Below are positions 54,156-64,000 of a stretch of 64,000 bases of DNA, piece by piece. The position numbers and the translations under genes are program-made. The notes below the pieces were generated by a model. The model did no database searches. It saw only the letters and a program-made list of their open reading frames with translations, and was not told the DNA's origin. Every line of letters begins with the position of its first letter. Positions within the stretch are counted from its first letter, which is position 1. The DNA comes from Eledone cirrhosa. Lineage: Eukaryota. The DNA is taken from the NCBI GenBank assembly GCA_964016885.1, contig OZ024744.1:90024001-90088000 (forward strand), in the 5' to 3' direction.

Positions 54156-55378
54156 GGTGGCTGCCAACTCGTTTTCGAGTACGGCCACTACTCTATATCC
54201 ATGTAGGAGAACCCCTACCGATGCGCTGAACGAGTGTGACTTTTTAGCCCAGTTAGCGACTTGAAAACTCTGGTACAAACACTACACTGGTGACAATTAT
54301 TGACACATAATGCTGGGCCCATGGTACCATGTGACGACAAGTGCAGAGAGATCTCCAGATATAAAGCAATGCCTGTGCCGTGAAGCTTTTATAGTGAGCA
54401 AAGGCACTGCACAAAGCCAGTCCCACTCTCTTAACCAAGACGATATTTGCCAAAAAGAAGAACAAGTCAACATGATTGGATACCATCAGGGTTGCAGGTG
54501 TTATATCAGAGTTTTCCTTCTCCTAGAATTCTGCCTTGACAAAGGCTAAGGGGTCATCTCTCCTGGTGATTTTGGATGGCCATTGACTCTTAAGAGCTCC
54601 TTTGGCCTTTGACAGGTTTTTTTTTTGTCCTGCAGGATGTCCAAAGTCACCCTCCTCACCAAGAAACCTTTAGTCGCCAACGACCCGACCATGAGACAGG
54701 TTGTATTGGGTTACATGTTACCAGTAGCACCAACTGGTGACCTGACATACATACATACATACATACATACATGGTGGCTGCCAACTCGTTTTCGAGTACG
54801 GCCACTACTTTATATCCATGTAGGAGAACCCCTACCGATGCGCTGAACGAGTGACTTTTTAGTCCAGCCAGCGACTTGAAAACTCTGGTACAAACACTAC
54901 ACTTGTGACAATTATTGACACATAGTGCTTTGCCTTTGGTACCATGTGACGACAAGTGCAGAGAGATCTCCAGATACAAAGCAATGCCTGTGCCGTGAAG
55001 CTTTTATAGTGAGCAAAGGCACTGCACAAAGCCAGTCCCACTCTCTTAACCAAGATGATATTTACCAAAAAGAAGAACAAGTCAACATCATTGGATACCA
55101 TCAGGGTTGCAGGTGTTATATCAGAGTTTTCCTTCTCCTAGAATTCTGCCTTGACAAAGGCTAAGGGGTCATCTCTCCCACTGATTTTGGATGGCCATTG
55201 ACTCTTAAGAGCTCCTTTGCCCTTTGACAGGTTTTGTTTTTAGTCCTGCAGGATGTCCAAAGTCACCCTCCTCACCAAGAAACCTTGGTGGGGTTGCCAG
55301 TTTAGTCGCCAACGACCCGACCATGAGACGGGTTGTACTGGGATACATGTTACCAGTAGCACCATGTGGTGACCTGAC
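54156..55378 (-). mobile_element. Two head-to-tail copies (about 600 bp each) of a bipartite non-autonomous RTE derivative
   Basis: Copies at 54156-54746 and 54772-55378 are separated by (TACA)n. The minus strand has the RTE 5'-UTR-like motif ctaggagaaggaaaactctga and a C2H2 remnant [17 protein letters not shown]. An older relative lies at about 55463-55810. Confidence 0.78.
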
Positions 55379-55846
55379 ATAACACATACATACATACATA
55401 CATACATACATACATACATACATACATACATACATACATACATACATACATACATACATACATGATGATGACTACAACTCGATTTCGAGTAAGGCCATCG
55501 CTTGATACTTAAGCATGAACATCACAGACGTGGCTTTTTAGTCCTGCTAGGGACTTGCCTATGACCAGCAATGCCATGCATCGCCAAAAATGCCACATAT
55601 CAAGTGATGCCTGTGCTTGAAGCTTTTTTTAAGTGAGGAAAGGCTTAGCACGAGGCTAATCACACTCTCTGAACATCGAATGTATCTACCACCACCACCC
55701 CACCCCACCCTCCCCTCTACATCATTGGATGCAAATGAAGTCACAGGTTTTATTTCAGAGTGACCTTCTCTTAGAGAGATGTCTTAATGAATACGAGGAA
55801 TCTCTCGCCCCATTAAAAAATACATACATACATGCTTACAGACAAT

Positions 55847-55965
55847 ATCCACTGATGATATTGTCTTTTAACTCATTACCAAAAACGATACTTGGTAATC
55901 GATAAACGATTACTAAGATCGATATTTTGCGTTAATCTTTGATTTTACGAAACAGCCATCTGGAT
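55847..55965 (+). ncRNA. Long-stem-II hammerhead-like motif
   Basis: ATCCA-CTGATGA-..-GAAA cagcca TC-TGGAT; related to the motifs at 57993 and 58413. Confidence 0.5.
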
Positions 55966-56680
55966 ATCGATACATTTAGTACCACCTTAAAGTATTTATA
56001 TTTTCCAATATATTACTTGCTCTATATATGTGTACAAAATGCTTATGTGTTTCTCAAACGATATATGCTTTTTCTCCTCTTTCTCTCTTTCTCTCTTTCT
56101 CTCTATATATATACATATATATATATACATATATATATATACATATATATATCTTTCAAACTTTTATAATTGATGCTCTGAACTAAGGTCCATTGGGCTG
56201 TTTTATTGAGAAACATGATCGTTGCATATTTAATATGCATCGATACCATTATAATAATTTTATATCATCATCATCGTTTAACGTCCATTTTCCACGCTAG
56301 TATGGGTTGGACGGGAATTGTCCCACTTGAGGCAAGAGTGGTTGTCTTGCTCAGGACTGTCTGGCGGGTTTTCTACGGCTGGATGCCCTTCCTAACACCA
56401 ACCACATTTACAGTGTGGACTGGGAGGTTTTTACCGTGTTACCTACACAGCCACATTACAGCATGGACTGTGTGTTTTTTTGTCGTGACACCTACACGAC
56501 CTCATTTGTTTCAGACTGGATGTTGTGGTACCAACATAACTTCACATTTAAGGGGGTGGTGTGGATGGGGTGGGGTAGTGGGACGGGGGTGTATTTTGTT
56601 AGAGGTGCCTACTGACTGTAGATTTCGCTTTGTACTTTATATATATATAAATATATATATGTATTTATCATCATCATCAT

Positions 56681-56834
<154 letters not shown>

Positions 56835-56943
56835 TATGTAAAGGTATCGATGCATATTAAATATGCAACGATCATGTTTCTCAATAAAAAAGCCCAATGG
56901 ACCTTAGTTCAGAGCATCAATTATAAAAGTTTGAAAGATATAT

Positions 56944-57912
56944 ATCATCATCATCGTTTAACGTCCATGTTCCACGTTGCATGGGTTTGGACGGGAGTTT
57001 TCCCACTTGAGGCAAGAGTGCTCGCATAGGACTGTCTGGCGGGTTTTCTACAGCTGGATGCCCTTCCTAACACCAACCACATTTACAGTGTGGGGCTGGG
57101 AGGTTTTTACCGTGTTGCCTACACGGCCACATTACAGCGTGGACTGTGTGTTTTTTTTGTCGTGACACCTACACGATCTCATTTGTTTTGGCCTGGATGT
57201 TGTGGCACCAACATAACTTTACATTGAAAGGGGCGGTGTGGATGGGGTGGGGGTGGTGTGACGGGGGTGTGTTTTGTTAGAGATGCCTACTGACTGTAGT
57301 AGGTTTTACTTTGTATTTCAGGTAAGGCGGGTCTTCTCTATTACTGAGTACCGCCAAAGATCTCGGTCCAGTGACATTGTCTTGGAGAGGTGTAAGTGTG
57401 TGAGGTCGGAATTTATCAGGTCGTCCCAGGTTTTTCTGGGTCTGCCTACTCCGTGGCTACCGTCTATCTTTATTGCCCTGCACTTTTTTATACAGCTGTC
57501 GTCTTTCGTGCGCATCACGTGACCATACCAACGTAGCCTTCTCTCGACTAAACAACATCTGATCCCTCTTATTTCTAATTTTTCCCTTAGTTCGTTTATG
57601 CTTTGCCGTTCGCGTATATTACTATTACACATTCAGCGGAGCATGCAAGCTTCGTTCCTCTCTAGTCTGCGTATATCCTCTGCACACAATGCCCAGGTCT
57701 CACTGCCATGCAACATTGCTGTTCGTATGCAGGCATCATACAGCCTGCCTTTCATTTTTAGGGAGAACCCTTTAGCGGCTAATAGTGGTATAAGCTCTCT
57801 GAACTTTTTCCATCCAGTTCTGACTCTAGCTACTGTACTTTCAGAGCACCCACCCCCACTGCTGATTTTGTCACCCAGGTAACGGAAGCTGTCCACTATT
57901 TCTATAGAACCC
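56944..57912 (-). mobile_element. RTE-clade LINE 3' part with (GAT)n tail; second 3'-UTR copy at about 56264-56630
   Basis: FRYLG, LHGSETW, RLRWYGHVMR, GRPRKTW. Confidence 0.88.
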
Positions 57913-58412
57913 TCTATATATGTATATATATATATATATATGTTTATATACTATTTTTGCAAATATACTATATTTCACATAAGGCAAAGACAATTCTTCT
58001 GGTGATTGTTTTGCGGCTCTTGTAACTTAACCAAAATCGATAGTTTGTGATCGATGATCAATTTTAGGTTGCGGTTTACCAGGCATGAAATAGCGCTATA
58101 GGGAATTTTATTAGTTTCTTTGTATATATACAGTATATTGTGTATTCTCTTATCTACGTGGTCCTTTCTCTTTTTCTCTATATATATACATATATCTTTT
58201 ACTTTTGAAATTTATTAATTTGTTGAGGTGTTTCAACTGTAATTAGTTCTTCGGCGTTCTTTCTAGCAGATACGACGTCCAGTCCTATTTATATCTGCCC
58301 TGGCCATTGAACCATTTTTTTTTACACCATGTGGAGTGGGGATTTAAACAGACTCTCTGCTCTCGACAGATATAAAAGTATTTTGTACAGAGTGGGACAT
58401 ATATAATGACAA

Positions 58413-58546
58413 TTCCTCTGATGATTAGATCCTTATCTTCCGTTGCCTTAACAAAATCGTTAATTGGTAATCAATAATTGTTTACTTAGATCGATAGTTT
58501 GCTTCGGGGTTTTTTGGGGGGGACTATGAAACAGCGCTGTAGGGAA
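58413..58546 (+). ncRNA. Hammerhead with about 105-nt stem II
   Basis: TTCCT-CTGATGA-tTAG..CTAt-GAAACAG cg CTGTA-GGGAA; palindromic stem III. Confidence 0.65.
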
Positions 58547-58844
58547 GAAATGACTTTTTCCACCTTAAAGTACATATTCTTTCCTGAATATTATTTGCTT
58601 TGTATGTGTGTACAAAATACTATGTGATTCTCAAACGCTATACGATTTTCTCTCTCTACATATATCTTTTGAATTATTGATGCTCTGAACCAAAATCTAT
58701 TGAGCTTATTTATTGAGTAACATAATCAACATACATAATAAATATGTATTGATACTTGAACATAGTATATATATATATATATAAATATATATATATAGTA
58801 TATATATATTGGAAAATGTGTAAGATCCTTGGTACAGTTAGGTA

Positions 58845-59175
58845 TATTTGAAAAAAGGAAAAGAATAACTTAACTTGTAGTGTTAAAAAATTTTTTTTTT
58901 ATTTAATGTTATAATATTATAATATTATAATATTATGAGTTGGTAGATCCAGTCTGGATCTACTAACTCATAATATTATAATATTATAACATTAAATATT
59001 ATAACTCATAATATTATAATATTATAACATTAAATATTGCCTTTCATCCTTATGGGGTCGATAAAATAAAGTACCAGTAATGCACTGGGTAATTGCTGGC
59101 CTTGTGCCTAAAGTAGAAACAATTATAACATTAAATAAATTTAAAAAATGAACACTATAAGTGAAGTAATTCTTT
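58845..59175. repeat. Fold-back element with a SINE fragment in the right arm
   Basis: Inverted around ccagtctgg at about 58953; SINE body at 59038-59122. Confidence 0.65.
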
Positions 59176-59188
59176 TCCTTTTTTTCAA

Positions 59189-59230
<42 letters not shown>

Positions 59231-59311
59231 GGTAAACGGAAATAACAACACAATCAGTACAGTATATGGAAGGAATATATTAGGTTAACGCTTGAAATAG
59301 CAGGAAGAGGA

Positions 59312-59347
59312 TCTTAACGTTTTGGACGCTAGTCCTTCATCAGAAGA
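59312..59347 (-). ncRNA. Minimal PLE hammerhead with G12A change
   Basis: Reverse complement: TCTT-CTGATGA-aGGAC tagc GTCC-AAAAC-GTT-AAGA. Confidence 0.55.
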
Positions 59348-59844
59348 AAGAATGAGAAATAAGATAGATTGAGGGGGTCGGGAAGGTTGGAATTGAAAAA
59401 AATGTCTTTAGATAAAAATAACAGGTCCATTCATGTTGACATCTCTTGCAAAACTGTCGGTGTTGGCGTTTTGTGTATGATTTATTTTTTTAGAAAAGTG
59501 GATGATGGAGCACGTCTACCTGAAATGGAAAAAAAAACGTTTTGTAAAAGGAGCTATACTTGTGCGTATGCGTTTGTGCGTGTGTGCGCGCGCGCGCGTT
59601 ATTATACGTCCGTACGAAGCTAAGAAGAAATGAGTGTTTATATGTAAGTAAAAGAGTGTGTGTGCATGTAAGTACGAAGCTATGAGAAAAAGTATGTTAA
59701 TATAAGGGTGTGTATGTGTGTATAGAGAGCTGTGAAGGAAAAAGTGGAGTGTGCGTATTTTGTCGGTATTTTGTAAGAGAAGATGTTTCTGATCATAAGA
59801 GAGCCATAGGAATCTAGGGGTGAATGTACAAGCGCATGAGTAAT

Positions 59845-60032
59845 AATTGTTTCTACTTTAGGCACAAGGCCAGCAAATACCCAGTGCATTACTGGTACTT
59901 TATTTTATCGACCCCGTAAGGATGAAAGGCAAAGTCAACCTCGGCGGGATTTGAACTCTGATCGTAAGGGGACGTAACTATGCTGGAAAGCATGGCGTCC
60001 GACCCTCTACCGATACTGCCAATCCACCGCCT
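59845..60032 (-). mobile_element. SINE family 2, near full length
   Basis: A and B boxes plus conserved body; gagtaataat occurs on both sides (TSD-like). Confidence 0.82.
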
Positions 60033-61000
60033 TGAGTAATAATGGATGGGTATTAAAGAAATTGTCGAGATGAGTTGAGTCCATGAGGGAAACAGGACCC
60101 AAGGCGGTGAATCAGACTCTGTTCAGTCCTGATGCGCGAGCGGAATGCAAAAAAACAACAACGCAGGAGTACAAGTTACAAATAGTATTAGTTTCACGCT
60201 TAGTGGGGGGGGGGTATGTACATATGTTTATAGATATCACATAAAACTATAAAACGGCTGTTCAGAGAATTGTTTGTTGTGATCAGATGAAGTTTGTATT
60301 AGTGAATTGGTTTGTCAGTTATTCATTGTAGTGTGTCAGAAATTATAGTAGTAACTTGTTGGCTTGATGGGTGCTTCGTGAGTCGCTTTTCTCCCATATA
60401 AAGCACTGAGTGAATGTGTGTGACTTGTGGAAAATAAATTGTGTGTATATGTCACAGTGAGTCGAGATGTGTGGGTTGCCATAGCCAGTAGTTGAAAGTT
60501 GAAGGTTGAAGCTGCAGTTCTAGCTCGGGTAAATATCCCCTCAGTTCTGGAGCTGGTTGGATAATCCAGAATTGATGAGAAGAGACTAGATGGTCTTACC
60601 CTTTGTCCCTGGGACACCACAGTCAGTGACTCTTTTGCTCCCTCCCACATCATAGATGCCGCGGTAAATGTGAGGGCCACTACTTCCGTAGCCGAACTAA
60701 ATATTTTTTCCAGCCTTTGGCGTTCGAGACGTTTGGTGGAGCTGGGTCACTGACAACGAAGTTCTTGTCATTGTTGGCGGCTCACCTTACTGAGGTGCTA
60801 GGTGATGCCAGTGAAGGTACTTAGTTGTTTCAGCTCCTTAGCCTCACCATCACCAACAGTAATGCTGCGAGCGTGTTGGCTGGCCTCAAAAATTTCCGAT
60901 GACCCTTGTAGTGTATGACCGATTGATGCACTTAGTGTTCAATTGATGTTTTTTTGTTTTTTTTCTCGCTTTGTTTATATATTTTTGAGTGTTATATTTA

Positions 61001-61465
61001 TGGTGGATTGGCAGTATTGGTAGAGCGTCAGACAAGCTTTGTGGTATATAGTTACGACCCTTTACGGTCTGAGTTCAAATCCCGCCGAGGTTAGCTTTGC
61101 TTTTCATTCTATGGAGTCGATAAAATAAAGTACCAATCACGCACTAGGGTCGATTTAATCGACTCTCCCCTCCCCACAAATGGTTTGCCTTGTGCCTAAA
61201 TCAGAAACCATTATGTAGTATCGGTAGAGGGTCGGACGCCATGCTTTGACGCATAGAGTTACGGCCCTTGCCATTCTGAGTTCAAATCCCGCCGAGGTTA
61301 ACTTTGCCTTTCATCCTTACGGAGGTCGATAAAATAAAGTACCAGTAATACACTGGGTCGATTCGGTCGACTTTCTCCTCCCCTTCAAATTGCTGGCCTT
61401 GTGCCTAAAGAAGAAACAATTATTTGAAGAGTTCTTCAGCGCCTTGTGCCAAAAGTAGAAACAAT
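61001..61465 (+). mobile_element. Two tandem SINE family 2 copies plus a duplicated tail
   Basis: gagttcaaatcccgccgagg at about 61071 and 61278. Confidence 0.82.
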
Positions 61466-61542
61466 TATGTTTATAAGGTTCCTAGCAATAATTAATTATA
61501 TATATATTATGCTATATTTTCATTCTGTAAGAATTATAAGTT

Positions 61543-61706
61543 CTGTATTTCCCGGCGCCGAAGATGCTTCGTCCTCGAGGACGCACCCTAATTTTGACAA
61601 CCAAAAATTTGAAAAAAAATAATAAACAACCTTCGGCCTCCAGGACACGTTAGATTTTTTAGACTTGTTTTAGGAAAAAAGTAGCATCTTACGTCGGGAA
61701 ATACGG
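61543..61706. mobile_element. pogo/Tigger-like MITE
   Basis: TIRs ctgtatttcccggcg / cgtcgggaaatacgg followed by TA. Confidence 0.6.
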
Positions 61707-63469
61707 TAATTTGTAACGTTAAAAAAAAAAATTCAATAAACAATAACAAACACCACTACTTTAATAATTTTTTGTTAAGAAATAATTTACGTCGAAGTTT
61801 ATCTCTCAGGAAAAACAATAAAGAGATAAAGAATAATTATGTATTTCGTCTGTGTGGTTGGTTTCACAAAAACGCCATAGTAATCTGAAAAGATATAAAG
61901 ATAGTATTTAATAAGATATAAACGTGAATGATAATATTTGTATTTGTGTATTGTGAATCAATAGAAGTCACCAGTGAAGCAGTTTATGACATAAGATGAT
62001 GATGTATTATGTTATCAGTATAGCAGCATGTAATAGTCACCATTTTAATAGTATAGTATTACTTTTAGCAGCGTGTAATATATAACCAGAATATGTAACA
62101 ATGATGTTAAAGACAACATGTATAGTTCGTTGTAACAGAATTTATTAACAATGTTTAAGGTGAAAAGAGCTGGATTAAGCTTGTTTGGTTGGCATGCCAA
62201 AAGAAATGAACAAACAAATTAAGATCTGTAAGAGAAGACACGGTCCAGTGGCTGAAGTGAGAAGCCAGGCCGCGGTAATGTTTTGTAGTTACATATTGGA
62301 ATGATGTTTGCGGAGCAATAGCAAATGGTTCTTTACCTTAGCAAGGTCAAGTTGTAGGAGAGTTAATTTATTAAAAAAAGTGGGTATTTCTCCATTTTAG
62401 GCGGAAGTTGAGATACATATCCTTACGCTGATAGCGATTGGATTAACTCAGACAAACAACGTACAGAAAGGGTTTCAAGCTTTGTTTGGAATCAAACGGG
62501 AGTATGACTGTATCAGCTCGCTGGCCAAAATGGCCGGAGTGAGTATCTGTTGGCAACTACATCGTTCTGGTCGCTGGAACAAATTGAGTCGGACTGACTA
62601 AAGGTCAGCAGGGAGCAGGCTATTTATGAGAATCCTGTTGTCGTTAACACTAAACAGATGGCCCTAAGAAAATTGTATTCTTCCAGACAGTTTAGCCACA
62701 TGACTCTCCAAAATAAAGGAAAATACACCGGAAAATCGTTTATCTATGTCAGCGTCTGTGGTTGTATGATTAATATCGCAAACCGAGTTAACGATAGTTC
62801 AAATCTTGTTGTGTAGATTTCGCTACAGTTCCAAAAAAAAAAGAGAGTGAGGGAAAAACAGGGAGAACAAACGCACACTCAATCAAACACTACAAGGGGT
62901 ACTGGAATTTTCCGCTAATAATTTTTAGGCAATCGCAGCCTTACTGTGGGTGATAGCGAGGTTAAGGCACAAGAATAACAAAATACTCTCGGAGGACATC
63001 ACCTAAAAGCTCGGTAAAGCCAACAGCCAATAGTGGCTTGAACTTTGTTGTCAGCGGCCCAGCTCTTACCAACGTCTCGAACGCCACAGACTGAAGAAAA
63101 TATTTTGCCGATAATTTCTGGTATTTTACAATTTTATTCCATTTGGCTACGGATGCAACATTCAGGATGTTGGAAGAAGCAAAAGAATCGCTGACTGTTT
63201 ATGATTAACAAAAGCTTTTAAAAAACAACAATTGAAAATATATGTATGTGTGTTTGTTTTATGTTCGGCGACGTATCAGTTCGACAAAGAAAAAGACAAG
63301 ATCGATAAAATAAGTACCAGACGTGAAAAATAAAACTACTAGGTTCGATATAATCGATTAAAACTTTCAATGCGGTGCCCAAGCATTACCGTGGTGAGGT
63401 GACTGAAACCAGTAGAATTAAAGAACACACAAACACACACACTTAGCTATCTGTCTATAGTCGAAATTT

Positions 63470-64000
63470 GCTTATGTTCCAAATGCTGCTGGCAGAATGG
63501 ACGACATGCGGCCCGGACACCTCAAAGATCTTATCTCGCCACACGCTGATGAGACAGGAGTACGATTACTCCAGTTGGTTACAGCTCTCACCAACTGTCT
63601 TCTCCGTGCTAACTTGCCCTGCCATGCCCACGATCTTTTCTTCTCAATAAGGCTGACCGCTCTGAGGAAGAATGATAGAGGCGCCCGCCCCATTGCAGTG
63701 GGTAACGTCTTCTGACGACTTGCAGCCTAGATAACTTGCAAGTCAGTCAAAGATGGTCTAAGCGAGGCGCTAAAACCTATTCAGCTCGCAGTGGGAATCA
63801 AGTGTGGAGGTGAGGCGGCAGTTTATGCAGCCAAACAATTTATAGAGCACTCCACCTTCTTATGAAGCTAGACATGTGAAACGCTTTCAACAGCATTAGG
63901 CGGGATCACATCTTAGAGACATGTCTCAGACGAACCCCCTCAATTTTCCCTTCCTGTTCACCTCCCGTACGGAAAACCCAGCACACTGATGGCCGCTGAC
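63470..64000 (+). pseudogene. CRE-clade non-LTR retrotransposon RT fragment
   Basis: LTALRK...RPIAVG..RLAA, QLAVGIKCGGEAAV.A, KLD..NAFNSI.R; contains stops; runs off the window. Confidence 0.78.

Noticed and set aside
60330-63170. Inverted similarity between about 60685-60755 and 63055-63155 and surrounding coding-like DNA
   Set aside because: Probably decayed transposon pieces; no diagnostic motif allowed classification.

Overview
Repeat-dense animal genomic DNA, most likely an octopus (inferred from microsatellite load and SINE motifs); there are no prokaryotic features. (1) Five small + strand exons (3592-25534) splice in frame into a four-bladed hemopexin domain, the 3' end of an MMP-like gene that the ORF track misses. 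(2) Two 5'-truncated Penelope-like elements (RT plus C-terminal GIY-YIG, probably Hydra clade) are accompanied by about 15 short non-coding families inserted in (TA)n. These carry type I hammerhead ribozyme (HHR) motifs and occur as fold-backs or 0.45-0.6 kb partial tandem dimers (retrozyme-like). (3) Two R4/Dong-like RLE retrotransposons sit in (TACA)n, one interrupted by a young full-length Gypsy LTR element. (4) RTE, CR1-like and CRE-like LINE remnants, tRNA-derived SINEs, MITEs and an 18-bp minisatellite born inside an RTE ORF are also present. The most notable observation is that at least 9 otherwise dissimilar families share a covarying UU-bulged hairpin (RYUC-stem-loop-stem-UU-GARY) 40-85 nt from their (TA)n junction. 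Several HHRs also have long stem II insertions or the compensatory U3-A8 core. All RNA folds were done by eye and element boundaries are approximate.
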